Positions 19,875-34,970 of a stretch of DNA of 64,000 bases are shown piece after piece. The stretch comes from the human T2T-CHM13v2.0 reference genome, Homo sapiens. The position numbers were made by a program, and so were the translations under genes. The stretch lies in NCBI RefSeq assembly GCF_009914755.1, contig NC_060942.1. One strand, written 5' to 3'. The notes under the pieces are model-generated. The model was not told the DNA's origin, searched no databases, and saw nothing but the letters and a program-made list of their open reading frames with translations. Position 1 is the stretch's first letter; every line of letters starts with the position of its first letter.

Positions 19875-20078
19875 GAGTCTTTACTATTTACTTACACAAC
19901 TTACCTTCCGTATTGGAGGATTTACGATACCATCATGTGTTTATGTAGTTGCATTTTGCATCTTTTAAAAATTATAGAGTCTTTACTATTTACTTACACA
20001 ACTTACCTTCCGTATTGGAGGATTTACGATACTGTCATGTGTTTATGTAGATGCATTTTGCATCTTTTAAAAATTATA
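19875..20078. repeat. 102-bp tandem duplication (2 copies, 3 mismatches)
   Basis: Units start at 19875 and 19977; the repeat also shows as a duplicated peptide in ORF 19776-20102. Confidence 0.95.
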
Positions 20079-21407
20079 TTTTTAAAAATTATATTTTTTT
20101 AACCACAATTTTTTTTCACCAGGTACTGCTAAGACTGTTAGCAGCATCTGTCTGTTTGCTATAGATGTAATGGCAATAAATGGACTTAATACCCCTTTTA
20201 AACTTCTTTTGGTGAGATAAGCAATTAAAAAGTTACCAAGTTGTCTATGCCACAAAGTAATCTAACTGAAACTTAATAGTGATAGGCAACCTGAAGAAAT
20301 TATGGGAGCAATCACTAATACAATTATAAGTAAAACATCTTACCTACTTTGACCTCCACTGACTAGAATGTACTGTAGTAATCTATAGCTTTGGAAATAG
20401 GGTCAGGAATAATACTAACCTTAATTTTCATATCACTTTACAATTGGCAAAATACTTTCCTTATATGCCCTTATTTGGTTTTAAAACAACCTTATTAGAT
20501 AAATAGGGAAGGCAAATATTGTTATCTCTATCTTACAGAGGTTCAGTGAATAAATGATATGACTGAGCTTGATAACTTGTGCGTGGTAGAAGTAGAAACA
20601 GAACTGATAACTCTTGACTTCTAGACCAATCCTCTTCCACTATGAACATATAAGTAAAAAAACACACGAGTTAGATGGCATCAGCTCTATTCCACTTATC
20701 CTTCTGAAATGCTAAGATGGACTTTATCCTCATTACTTCAAGCATTTAATATTCCTAAATAAGAGTTTCCACTTGCTTTAACAGTTTAATTTTTTAAATA
20801 TCACATTTCTTCAACTTGCTGCACTGCTAAAAGAACTGCTGTCACATTTGCCTGTTTTGGACCGGCTCTATAGCAACCTGCTGTGCTACACCAGGGCACT
20901 CTAACTAGAGTCTCGGACTAGTTCTAAGTCTCTGAGTTAGGTACAATGATTCTTAATTAGGAGTGGCAGAAGGAAAGCATAAAAGACCCAGTGGGTCTTT
21001 TCCAAATACATTACCCCTTCTTATGATTATGATATGGCTTGTGGGAGAGGACATCCTCTATATTCCAGTTGCCACAGTGAGCTATCACCTCTGACAGAAC
21101 GTATCGTATTCCTCATCATGTTCTACTGACAACAGGACCAGTTCAGCACAAAACTCAAGGGTCCATCTAGGGTCAAGTAGCAATACCACTTTTTAAGTAG
21201 TACTAACTTTTTCAAAAGAGAAATTCCTAGTTAATTTTGCAATAATTAATAAAATATCTGATCATCTAAAGACAAAGGAATAATGAAAAGATGTAATAAT
21301 TCTTAAAGGTATGATTTGTAAATATTATATAACCATAATAGAAATGATGAAAATATTTCCTATAGATATTTATTCTATAGATACTGATACTTTCCAGTTT
21401 CACTCAC

Positions 21408-21555
21408 CAGCTTTCCATCTCTGCTGTGACTGCAGGGCATATTTGTCACATTCTTCTCTGCTTATTTTGTGTTTTACAGCAAGATTCTCTGCAGTCATTG
21501 CCATGGGGAGCTGGACATGCTGATCTGTTAATGATACCCATAAAGAATCTTCCAG
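21408..21555 (-). CDS. ACAA2: ACAA2 exon 5 (LEDSLWVSLTDQHVQLPMAMTAENL...RWKA), 148 nt
   Basis: AG/GTGAGT boundaries; MAMTAENLA thiolase segment. Confidence 0.97.
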
Positions 21556-22892
21556 CTATTAAAAGACATTAATAAAGTGACTTGTTAAGGCATTTCCTTT
21601 TAAAAGTAATATGTTATAATTTCTTTAAATAATCAACACTTCCAATAAACAAAAGTAAAATTAAGACTTTCTGATAACCACTATTCATATTCAGTTATGG
21701 GATATTTTTTAAAAACATGCAATGTTTTTGAAAACATTCAATGTCACAAAATAAAATGCACACATTCTCTGTCCCTCTCTAAATGTGGGGGTCTAAGAAC
21801 AGCTAACAGGACTAGACGTGCATGGTGAGATCACAGAAGTTACCCTACGATCAAAAATTAAATCCTCAAGGTCATATTTTGTAGAAAACCTGACAATGAG
21901 TCTTCATGCAATGTTTTCTTATAGCCATCTTTGTAAACCAGCCCTGAGCTCTGTAATAAACAGTATTATCTGTTTTTCTTTTTCATCCTGCGCCTCAGTG
22001 ACAGGAATAGCTGGTTCTATCGGTTACTATGAGGCTGAAAAGATCTTGGGACAGGTTCCCAGAGTTACAGAAAGGTTGTTAATTATTATTCAAGTAGTTA
22101 GTCTCTGGTAAGTGTGCCCCACTTTGCTGCCTCATCAACATTTAACTCACTGACCTGTCTTCATAAAAGATATCTCAAATGTGTTTGGTGGCTAAAATCC
22201 GCATAGATTCTCTTAAGTCCCATTCCTTTCAACTTCCAAAAAGGCCAGGTGAGAAACTGGGTGAACAGTGTGAGTCAAACATTACTATAGAAAATGCTAA
22301 AAAATATAAAATGTCAGTAGCCCTTTCACATGGGAATGAGAAGAAAACATCATTCTTTATCAGTACTGTACCATCATTCTCAAGTTGTAGCTCTCAAAGA
22401 TAAAAGAATCAGTTTTTGTTTGATTTGGGACAATATAATCTGTATTCAAAGATGTTTTCTGTGATGATGAAGAAATCTATTCTGAGACTGTCCCAGAAAT
22501 AAAACTTCTATAAGTCACGTTAAAGATTTAATTACTCAGATTACTAATTGTTTAGTAGTGAGATTAATTCACTCTTTTGTCTATCTTTTTAATCCACTTC
22601 TTCCCTTCCTCCATCTCTCCCATGCCTATGGCCACTTACACAGGATAATTATACTACTAGAGGTCTGCTGAGATAGATAGAATCTAATTTCATATGGGTT
22701 AAAATGTCAAAACTAACCACCAAAATAGAGTTTTGAAATAGTTTACAAACTTCTAATCATTCATATCTTGCCAATCCTCATCAACGAAATTGGCTTCAAA
22801 ATTAGTTTTCTCTCCCATAAAAAGGTATGTTATTAAAAGTACTTATATAATGCTAATAAGAACTAATTCTTTTAAATTTTTATGGTTCCAAC

Positions 22893-23009
22893 CTTGATAT
22901 CTGATCCAAGCTTGGTTCCAAAACGCACATTTCTGACACAGTAGGGAGCTTGGCTCATGCTTTCGGTTCCTCCACATAAAACAACTTCAGCTTCTTTAAC
23001 ACAAATTTC
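22893..23009 (-). CDS. ACAA2: ACAA2 exon 4 (EICVKEAEVVLCGGTESMSQAP...SDIK), 117 nt
   Basis: GGxESMS thiolase motif; AG/GT boundaries. Confidence 0.97.
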
Positions 23010-24391
23010 CTATTTAAAAACAAACAGTAATAAAAACTCCTTTTACCGTACCCAAACAATGTATTAAGAAACACACTGATTTTACAAATTAATGGTAAAT
23101 CAAACAAATATTGTACTGTAGCTTACAGTGTCTCAAAAGGAAATGCTTTTAAAGTAACTGTAAAGCAAATGCTAAAGTATCCATTACCAAGATGTAGGAG
23201 GAGAAAACTAAAAGGTTTCAATCATGTTTGCCTGAGTAACAGGCCCTACCTGCATGTGGCTAAGAATAGTAATTCTTAACAGAATATAAATCTTGAAAAT
23301 CAACAGATATTAATACCTGGCATAAATGTACAGCAGATAATAAAGGACATACCCTTTAAAAAGGCAAAAGAAAAATTTATCCCATTAATGGATGTATCTG
23401 AACAAGAACAGAGATTTACAAGAACTAGTTCAATCTAGGTGACTCATAAAAAGGAAACCACTTCATTCTTCCAACACTTTCCACTGTTTGCCTTTCTCAG
23501 AAAAGGAGCAAATAATGAGCCTCTATGAACCTGATGGTTCTTAAAATTATTACTAGGAAAACCGAGGTCACTATTTAAGATATATCGTTATAGAAACAAA
23601 TTAATGTGAAAATTGTTTTATTAAAATACGCCTCTGGCTCTTATTTTGTTTGTAATAAAATGAAGACTTTTACAAATGAAATTGGATTTCACTTTCTTCT
23701 CTGTGCTCAAAGAAACAAATGTATTTAACCAACTGTCCTTTAAAAAGGTCAAACTAGTTTGTACTTCTACTAACAGCATCATTCACTTCCTTTGAAATAA
23801 AATACATTTCCTTATCCTCTCCTAAATTCTTGAGATTTCCTGCTTGCCTCACGGTCTTTATTCAGTGCCTCACAGGTAACACTCACAGACCTGGGTTCAA
23901 ATTCTATGACTGAGTAACCTTAATGGCTTTAATCAGTTTCCTTGCCTGTAAAATGGGAATAATAATAATAGTTCTTGCTTCATAGGATGGTTGTAAGATT
24001 AAATGAGATATTGAATGTAAATCTAGCAGGGTGCCTAGCATGTAGGAAGCACTCGAAAGAATGATGAACATACTAGCTTTTAAAAATATTGAAGTATATA
24101 TATATATAATACTTACCATTTTAACCATTTTTAAGTATACAGCTCAGTAGTTTAAGTGTATTCATAGTGTGATGCAACCATTACCATCACCCATCTCCAG
24201 AACGCTTTTCATCTTGCAAAACTGAAACTCCATATCCATTAAACACTAACTTTCCCTCACCAGTCCCTGGGAACACCATTCTACTTTCTGTCTCTATGAA
24301 TTTGACTACGCTAGGTATCTCAAAGAAGTAGAAACATACAGTATTTGTCCTTTTATGACAGGCTTATTCCACTTTCAGGTTCATTATTAGC

Positions 24392-24504
24392 TTTTTTTTT
24401 TTTTTTCTTTTTTTTGGAGCCAAGGTCTCACTCTGTTGCCCATGGCTGGAGTGCAGTGGTATGATCATGGTTTACTTGACCTCCAGGGCTCAAGCAATCC
24501 TCCC
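24392..24504 (-). mobile_element. Partial Alu (right arm) next to an L1M 3' fragment (about 24110-24390, minus)
   Basis: Poly-T followed by Alu right-arm sequence. Confidence 0.75.
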
Positions 24505-24592
24505 TAAAGCTAAAGTGTTATATTGCAGTGGGACATTTCTTCTAGTAACTATTAACATATTTTCAGAGAATTTAAAAAAATGTTGTCCATAC

Positions 24593-24721
24593 CTGACATC
24601 CATTCACAATGGACTGAAAACCAGAACCACAGAGCCTATTAATCGTGAGAGCTGGGGTCTCCTTTGGGATTCCCACACGCAAACCAACATGCCTTGCCAA
24701 ATATATAGCATCTGAAGAACT
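24593..24721 (-). CDS. ACAA2: ACAA2 exon 3 (SSSDAIYLARHVGL...INRLCGSGFQSIVNGCQ), 129 nt
   Basis: Catalytic-cysteine motif NRLCGSG; AG/GT boundaries. Confidence 0.97.
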
Positions 24722-25194
24722 CTAGAAGAGAGAAGGAAAAGAAAAATAATTTTCTCTATAAATCTACTAATTAAGAACAAGCACGAAATACATGGAAATG
24801 TTGGCAATCTATCAAAAATGATAAACTATATGGCTCTAAGGTAGGACAAAATGCATCTAAGTACAGCATATTATATCTAATATGTGTTTACAATTTGAAT
24901 AAAAACTACAGTCAATTGGGTTTTTTTCTATTTTTTTATTGGGGCAAAATACACATAACAAAATGTATCATTGTAACCATTTTTAAGTGTATAGTTCAAT
25001 GGTATTATTTAAATACATTCATAATGTTGTGTAACCATAGTCAATTGGTTTTCAAATATATTAAAGATAATTGCTACTTAGAGAAATCCCATTAAGTCCT
25101 TAATATAAGACAGAAATTTATAACAATTAGAGTTATTTAAAAATGGAATACGCTATCCTAAAGTAGTATGCTCCTTAACAGAGGAAGTATCGGA

Positions 25195-25592
25195 GGCTGT
25201 GGTTCTCAACCTTGGTTGCAGGCTGGAATAACCTAGGAAGCTTTATTAACATACTCATGCTTAAGTTCCTAAGCAAATCAATTAAACCAGAAAGGCTGGA
25301 GGTGGGGCCTGGGCATCAGTAGTCACTTTTAAAAAGCATCCCAAGTAATTCTAATGTAAAACAGGCTGAGGACTGCATACTTAGGGAGAAGACAGATGAA
25401 TGATTGGTCAGGAGAGTAAGAGGTAGGAGTAGACCACCACTCCCAAAACTTTAAAATGCATATGGGGGCGTCTTGTTATAATAAAATGTAAGTTCTGAAT
25501 CAACAGGTCTAGGTCTGCCGGAGATTCTGCATTTCTAACCATTTCCCTGGTGAAGCTGATGTTGCTAGTCCAAGAACCACACTTTGAATAAA
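25195..25592. mobile_element. MER5-like hAT-Charlie MITE remnants
   Basis: gtggttctcaaccttgg and ctgcatttctaac...accacactttga motifs. Confidence 0.55.
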
Positions 25593-26032
25593 AAGAATGA
25601 CTTAAAAAAAAAAAACCAACAACAACCAAAAACATTAACAGCCTGTTTTGGAGGCTGTTAGCAAGAGCAAAAGCAAGTTTGACAAAATGTAAAACATTGG
25701 TCTATCAAGGTACGGGGTTTTAGGATGTTCATTGTACTATTCTTTTAACTTTTGTGTAGGTTTCAAGTTTTTCAAAACTTGACAAATTCGGCACATTTAT
25801 AAGTTAAGGGTTTTGAATGCAGATGGAACTGGGAGGAACTCAGTATAACATCAATTAATCTACTAACTAAATGTTTCATCTGTTGACTGAGATGAAATTA
25901 TCTTATTTTACAAATTAATGTCATTAAAAAAATTCTTGGCCAATGGATATTCTTTTGCCAAGGTTTGTCAAATATCACATATCAACAGAATAAAAAAAAT
26001 TTACACGATCATCTCGTGTAAATTATTAACAG

Positions 26033-26205
26033 ATAAATATTTGGGGTTAGGCCTTTATGGTTAAGAAAGAACAGAATATGCTTCGAATAACATTTGACAA
26101 ATACCACAAAGCTGCTTTTCTAATTGAGTTTAATATTATTAAATATCACTTGGAATAAATGAGTTTTACTTATTTCTTAGGAAACAATGAAATCCAATGT
26201 GGATT
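26033..26205. repeat. Left arm of a 173-bp inverted repeat
   Basis: Reverse complement of 28178-28350 with 3 mismatches. Confidence 0.95.
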
Positions 26206-26338
26206 TCAACACAAAAAGTCAACAGAAAAAGTATTTGACAAAATACAACACCCTTTCATGACAAAAACACTGAACAAACTAGGAACAGATGGCAACTTTC
26301 TCAATCTGACAAAGGGAATCTATAAAAAATCCACAGCT

Positions 26339-28023
26339 CTCCCTCTCCCCCTCCTCTTCCCCCTCTCCCCACGGTCTCCCTCTGATGCCTAGCTGAAGCT
26401 GGACTGTACTGCTGCCATCTCGGCTCACTGCAACCTCCCTGCCTGATTCTCCTGCCTCAGCCTGCTGAGTGCCTGCGATTGCAGGCACGCGCCGCCACGC
26501 CTGACTGGTTTTCGTATTTTTTTGGTGGAGACGGGGTTTCGCTGTTGGCCTGGCTGGTCTCCAGCTCCTAACCGCGAGTGATCCGCCAGCCTCGGCCTCC
26601 CGGGGTGCTGGGATTGCGGACGGAGTCTTGTTCACTCAGTGCTCAATAGTGCCCAGGCTGGAGTGCAGTGGCGTGATCTCTGCTCGCTGCAACCTCCACC
26701 TCCCAGCCGCCTGCCTTGGCCTCCCAAAGTGCCGAGATTGCAGCCTCTGCCCGGCTGCCACCCCGTCTGGGAAGTGAGGAGCGTCTCTGCCTGGCCACCC
26801 ATCGTCTGGGATGTGGGGAGCCCCTCTGCCTGGCTGCCCAGTCTGGAAAGTGAGGAGCGTCTCTGCCTGGCCGCCATCCCATCTAGGAAGTGAGGGGCGC
26901 CTCTTCCCAGCCGCCATCCCGTCTAGGAGGTGAGGAGCGTCTCTGCCCGGCCGCCCATCATCTGGGATGTGGGGAGCGCCTCTGCCCCGCCGCCCCGTCT
27001 GGGATGTGAGGAGCGCCTCTGCCCGGCCGCGACCCCATCTGGGAGGTGAGGAGCGTCTCTGCCCGGCTGCCCCATCTGAGAAGTGAGGAGACCCTCTGCC
27101 CGGCAACCGCCCCGTCTAAGTGAGGAGCCCCTCCGCCCGGCAGCCACCCCATCTGAGAAGTGAGGAGCCCCTCCGCCTGGCAGCCACCCTGTCTGGGAAG
27201 TGAGGAGCGTCTCCGCCCGGCAACCACGCCATCCGGAAGGGAGGTGGGGGTCAGCCCCCACCAGGCCAGCCGCCCCGTCCGGGAGGGAGGTGGGGGTCAG
27301 CCCCCCGCCCGGCCAGCCGCCCCGTCCGGGAGGTGGGGGGGTCAGCCCCCCGCCCGGCCAGCCGCCCGGTCCGGGAGGGAGGGAGGTGGGGGGGTCAGCC
27401 CCCCGCCCGGCCAGCCGCCCCGTCCGGGAGGTGAGGGGCGCCTCTGCCCGGCTGCCCCTACTGGGAAGTGAGGAGCCCCTCTGTCCGGCCACCACCCCGT
27501 CTGGGAGGTGTGCCCAGCAGCTCATGGAGAACGGGCCATGATGACCGTGGCGGTTTTGTGGAGTAGAAAGGGGGGAAAGGTGGGGAAGGGATTGAGAAAT
27601 CGGATGGTTGCCGTGTCTGTGTGGAAAGAAGTAGACATGGGAGACTTTTCATTTTGTTTTGTACTAAGAAAAATTCTTCTGCCTTGGGATCCTGTTGATC
27701 TGTGACCTTACCCCCAACCCCGTGCTCTCTGAAACATGTGCTGTGTCCACTCAAGGTTAAATGGATTAAGGGCGGTGCAAGATGTGCTTTGTTAAACAGA
27801 TGCTTGAAAGGCAGCATGCTTGTTAAGAGTCATCACCACTCCCTAATCTCAAGTACCCAGGGACACAAACACTGCAGAAGGCCGCAGGGTCCTCTGCCTA
27901 GGAAAACCAGAGACCTTTGTTCACTTGTTTGTCTGCTGACCTTCCCTCCACTATTGTCCTGTGGCCCTGCCAAATCCCCCTCTGCGAGAAACACCCAAGA
28001 ATGATCAATAAAAAAAAAAAAAA
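26339..28023 (+). mobile_element. SVA (older B-D type, short VNTR) inserted in an L1M ORF2 fragment in ACAA2 intron 2
   Basis: CCCTCT head, Alu-like region, VNTR, SINE-R, AATAAA and poly(A); 15-bp TSD aaaaaatccacagct at 26324-26338 and 28024-28038. Confidence 0.97.
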
Positions 28024-28177
28024 AAAAAATCCACAGCTATCATCATATGTAAAGTTGAAAGGCCAGATGCTTTCCCCCTATAATCAGGAATAAGACAAAG
28101 ATATCCATTTCTTATAACTTCTATTCAACATTGGAGATTCTAGCCAGGGCAATTAGGGAAGAAAAAGAAATAAAAAG

Positions 28178-28350
28178 AATCCACATTGGATTTCATTGTT
28201 TCCTATGAAATAAGTAAAACTCATTTATTCCAAGTGATATTTAATAATATAAAACTCAATTAGAAAAGCAGCTTTGTGGTATTTGTCAAATGTTATTCGA
28301 AGCATATTCTGTTCTCTCTTAACCATAAAGGCCTAACCCCAAATATTTAT
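28178..28350. repeat. Right arm of the 173-bp inverted repeat
   Basis: Reverse complement of 26033-26205. Confidence 0.95.
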
Positions 28351-28902
28351 GTTAAGCACTTAACATCCTTACAAGAAAACTCTATCTTGGCCTGACAGAA
28401 AACTTAACACAAGAAAAACTGTCTTTAGGAACAGAGGCACAAACACAATGAAACTGATACTATTTATAGTGACTTTGTGTTATAAAGTTTGAGAGAATAC
28501 ATGCTGGGAAAAAAATATTTTTCCTTCAAAATTCTAGAAAACGCAAAAAACGGAAGTATCCAATTTCTATTCAATCTGTTCTAATGCCTTCTTAGGTCAG
28601 AGGTAAAAGTTACAAAATAAAATAAAAAGAACAAAAGACAATATTGAGAATTCTTTATGAAAATATTTTAGGTTCAACAGACATAACTGCCAAAGGAAAA
28701 AAGTCACTGCTTTTTCTGGATGTGAAGATACACAACGGCAAGATGAACAGCATCAAGTTCAAATGCAAGGCCTAGTGATTTCTGTGTCCATTGTCATTCT
28801 CTTTCCTTTAGCAATGATCACATCATTGACATCTTTAAATATATGTATCATATATATATTTGTGTGTGTATATATGATACATAAGATATATCACAGAAAC
28901 TG

Positions 28903-28905
<3 letters not shown>

Positions 28906-28933
<28 letters not shown>
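28906..28933. repeat. (TA)n microsatellite
   Basis: Read directly. Confidence 0.95.
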
Positions 28934-29399
28934 CTTATCTTTTTCATTAGATTATTACCTCCTTTTGGTCCACCTTGGGTGCCATAGCACCTATAATAGC
29001 CTCTAACTAGGTATCCAACAAATGTTTGTATACTTTAAAGGAATTCTGAATTTTCAATTACCTGCATATGAATGATTGATTTTGTACATCACACATAGCA
29101 AGACAGAGGGTAAGGAAGCATCTTATTTCTTACAACAAACACTGATCAAGCTCCTACAATGTGTAAGAAAATTAGGGGAGGTGTGCTGTAATGGCTTGGG
29201 TTTACTAAGGTGGCATATAGAGAAGATCAATTAACTTCAAGTAAGCCAAGGAAGTCAATCTGCTATTTAGGAAGCACTGAAATGCATCCCAAGTCAGACA
29301 TACAGTTTCTAGAACATATGATGCTTTGAATTATGCATGCTGTTGATTCTGGAGTCACAGAATTACTCAAATTACAAACGTATAAAGTCTGTAACTATT

Positions 29400-29699
<300 letters not shown>

Positions 29700-29806
29700 C
29701 TATAACTATTATTAACTTGTTTACCATTATGATATGTTAAAGGAATTATTTTTAGAAACTGATCAAAGAAGCAATAGGAGTGAACACCTTCCTTTACTCT
29801 ACTAAC

Positions 29807-29973
29807 CTGCAGGACATTGCCCATAATCACACTGTCAACTGTTTCAGGTGAGACTTTGCCAGCAGACAAGGCAGCCTTGGCAGCAAATTCAGACAAGTCA
29901 GTAGCAGTGAAGTCTTTCAGAAGGCCTCCGTAAGCTCCAAAGGGCGTTCGCTTAGCAGCAACTACAAACACAC
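29807..29973 (-). CDS. ACAA2: ACAA2 exon 2 ([16 protein letters not shown]...GNVLQ), 167 nt
   Basis: RTPFG thiolase N-terminal motif; AG/GTTAGT boundaries. Confidence 0.97.
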
Positions 29974-30206
29974 CTATTGCAACAAGAAGAGATTTGTAAG
30001 CCATCACAGGTTAGTAAATACCTCTAAATGCTTCGAATAATCTCACTGTGAAACCTTACACAATTTAAAATTAGATAATGGAAATTTCTGTTAGGCAATA
30101 ATACCTAGAACAAGTCATACCCATGGAAGCAGAGTCTTAAGGACTACCAGTTTGACAGTTTGATCTTTACCTACATGCAGGTACCAAGAACTGCACTGCA
30201 TGCTGT

Positions 30207-30359
30207 TAAGGAAGAAGACCACCACTTCTCCTGCGCACCCCGCCCCCCTTGCCTAGTTTATAAAACAGGAGGAAAAGAAAAAAGCAAAAAGTTAAAAAGA
30301 AACAGAAGTAAGATAAATAGCCAGATGGCCTGGTGCCACCACCCGGCCCTGGTAGTTAA

Positions 30360-30408
<49 letters not shown>

Positions 30409-30717
30409 TCAATCCCTGACCTAAACTACTTGTGTTATCTGTAATTTCCAGACATTGTATGAAAAAGCATTGCAAAACTTTCTGCTCTGTAAGCTAATGC
30501 ATGTAGCCCCCAGTCACGTTCCCCACACTTGCTTGATCTATCACCATCCTTTCAGGTGGACCCCTTAGAGTTGTAAGCCCTTAAAAGGGCCAAGAATTTC
30601 TTTTTGAGGGAGCTCGGCTCTTAAGACGCAAGTTGGTGGATGCTCCAAGCCAAATAAAGCCTCTTCCTTCTTTAATCCAGTGTCTGAGGAGTTTTGACTG
30701 TGGCTCGTCCTGCTACA
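30207..30717 (+). mobile_element. Solo ERV1 LTR (LTR2B-like, HERV-E/Harlequin) containing (AAT)16 at 30360-30407
   Basis: Begins taaggaagaagaccacc, ends ctcgtcctgctaca; internal AATAAA; 4-bp TSD ctgt at 30203-30206 and 30718-30721. Confidence 0.85.
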
Positions 30718-30970
30718 CTGTGATGTAAAGCCATTCTGGTTAGACAACTTTCTTGTTCTCTGATGCTTCACAATGCTAGAAACATATGTTGAGAACTAAA
30801 ATCCTTCTTCTATGTGCTGGAGTATATTGCCTAGTATTAGAATAAAAGAATCTCCAAACTAGAAGGTGCCTTAGGGTTGTCTGAGGTCAACCACTCACTC
30901 TATAAGAACTACCTCTAAAAATTCCTGACAAAAGGTTCTCTCTAAACCTCTGCCAGGAAACTTTCAGTAA

Positions 30971-31360
<390 letters not shown>

Positions 31361-32630
31361 TGAACTAACTCAGCTTACAAAGTCTTCCATCCACCAATTC
31401 TAGTTCTCTCCAAAAGCACCAACACAGATAGAGATGTAGTTTCTAGAATATATGCTGCTACCGGTTCTAGAGTCACAGGATGACTCAAGTTACAGACTTC
31501 AAATAAATAACCTGAACTATTATCTTTTACTCTTAGAAAAAAAATGGGCAAAACAGGTTACCTTCTACATGTGTATCCCCCACCTCCAGTATCTGAAGTC
31601 AGCTAACCTGTAAGTCCCCAAACCTAGTGACTCTCATCTCAGGTAAATTAAAGGCATTCTTTCAATAGTTTTTTATTTGACATTAATTCTGACTGCTTTC
31701 CTCTAAAGACACTGTAGTTTGCCAACATCCTATTAAAATGTGTCCCTTAGAATATAAGAATATAACAAAAATAGCATGCATTTTATCTAATCACAAAGAA
31801 TAGAGGAATTATCTATACATCTACTAATACAAACTAAGACTATAAATTTGCAGCATCACTATTAGTTAAATCGGTGTCCTTGTACAAATAAATAAAAATC
31901 ACCCCTTCCCAATCACCTACTACCATCTGCCAAAAAAAAACTTGTGACTATACAAATATATGATTATGATGTGAGTGGTACCCACTCATCATCATTAGAG
32001 CTGTACAGTGCAAAACCGGCATATCAGTAAGCAGCATCAGTTATAGCCATTTCATCATATTGACATTCATTAGGTGTCTACTAAATACTAGACATTTTAT
32101 CACTTTCCACACAAAAGCTAATCTTCCCAGCAACTCTGCAAGGTAAATATTACAGCTAACATAGAGGGGACACTTACTATGGAATAGACTTCATGCTAGC
32201 ACTTTGCATATACTAACTTTATTCTCTCCAAGACAATCTAAGCTCACATTTCCACATCTTGTCAAGAAATTATGGGACTTTCGGCAATGGGTTTGTGATA
32301 AGATACTGATCTACAAATGAGACTATTCAAGCATTATACCACTACTGGTATCTAAGTATAATCTTCCAGTTTATGATCTCTTTCATCAAACAAACCAAGC
32401 CTAGCCTAAAATATTTCTATTTCAACCTCTCTTTTCATTCCTATTTTGAGAAATTTGCAGTTTAAAGGAATATTAGGAGCAATATATATAACTATAATTT
32501 AGAACAGATCCACTCAGTTTTTTACAGATACAAATTCAGATAGTTACAAAAGGCCATAAATACTAGTCGAGTGCATTACAAACGTTTTGTTCTGGTAAAT
32601 TGGTTATTCTGTACCATGATGCCTTCCTGA

Positions 32631-33015
<385 letters not shown>

Positions 33016-34237
33016 TATCAGTGGTTGCTTTATTTCATTCTTCTTTCCTCTTTCCATGCCTTCTTCCTAATTTCATTAGTTCTGCTTCTGGTCATGGCCT
33101 ACTATGCTCCTATCTGACCAACCCTCCAACAGATAACAATGAAAAACTCCAGACAATATATAAGAACAACTACTACCTGACGGTCTTGGAAATGAACAAA
33201 ACTAGACAGGTAAGGAGAAGAGTTGATACTTAGAGGAAGGGAACAGAACAGGGTAAGTGTCCAATTTATTTATAGCAACTAACTTGAAGACTAACAGTCC
33301 ATGATGCATGGAATGGCTAGAACTCAGAAACAGTCTTACTGGCTTGAAGAATCAGAGAATAAAATTCATGGTAAGCACAGCCACTAGAAAGTGAATGAGA
33401 ATCTGGGAAAGAGGAGCACCATAGAGCGAGATTCCAAATTTCACATATAAACTCTGCCCAAATATTTGGCTGACTCCTTAGCCATTCATGTGTAGGTCAG
33501 ACCACAAGCACCTAAGCCAAGCCTTAAAAAACTGAACTTAGATTTAAGCTGCTGCCCACTACAAGGGGAGACATAGTTTATCACGGGGGTGCATGGGGGT
33601 GATTTTGTAGGCAAAGTAACTGTCTACAAAAAATAAATAGCCAACCAATCAATAAGTCAGTTCTGTCTGCAGGATTATAACAGAATCCAGTCTCCACAAT
33701 GTTCCATCTGCAATATTCATAATACAATTCAAAGTTAATCCACATATGAGGAAACAAAAAATATGACAATCAACAGAGACCAATCCCAAGAAGACCCAGA
33801 CACTGAAATTAGCAGACAAGGATTTTAAAATAGCATTCTATTACAACTATGCTCAAGGATGTAGAGGAAAATATGCTCCTAATAAAACATAGGACATCTC
33901 AGTAAAGAAATACATACTATAAAAATCCAAAATGGAAATTCCAAAACTGGAAAATACCTGAAATAAAAAATTCCCTGGATGGGCTTAACAGCAAAATAGA
34001 AATGAAAGGAGAAAAATTCAGCGACTTTGAAGATAGATAAATAGAAATTAACCAATCTGAAGAACAGATGAAAAAAAAAAGATTAAAAAACAAAGCCAGA
34101 ACCTCAAGGTCTGACAAAGGAGGAAAGGCAATTCACTGGAAAAAGGATCGTCTTTCCAACAAACAGTGCTGGAACAACAAAACATCTATATACCAAACAA
34201 AATGAATCCAGGCAAAAATGCGTCAACTTTGATAGTG

Positions 34238-34517
34238 GGCTGGGCACTGTGGCTCAAGCCTATAATCTCAGCTACTCAAGAGGCTGAGGTGGGAGGACTG
34301 TGTCAGGATAGGAGTTTGAAACCAGCCTAGGCAACATAGCGAGATCCCCATCTCTAAAAAATGTAAAAAATTAGTTGGGCATAGTGGCATGTGCCTGTAG
34401 TCCCAGCTATTCAGGAGGCTGAGTTCAAGGCTACCGTGGGCTACAATCAAGTCACTGCACTCCAGCCTGGGTGACAGAGTGAGATCTCTTATCTAAAAAA
34501 ACAGAAACAAAAACAAA
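34238..34517 (+). mobile_element. Alu (AluJ type)
   Basis: Diverged Alu with a right-arm deletion. Confidence 0.88.
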
Positions 34518-34610
34518 GAGATCATAGACTTAAATATAAAATGCAAAACTCTTAGAACATACGAGAAAAATCTACATGGCTTTGGGTTTGGTGATAATTT
34601 TTTAGATCTA

Positions 34611-34970
<360 letters not shown>

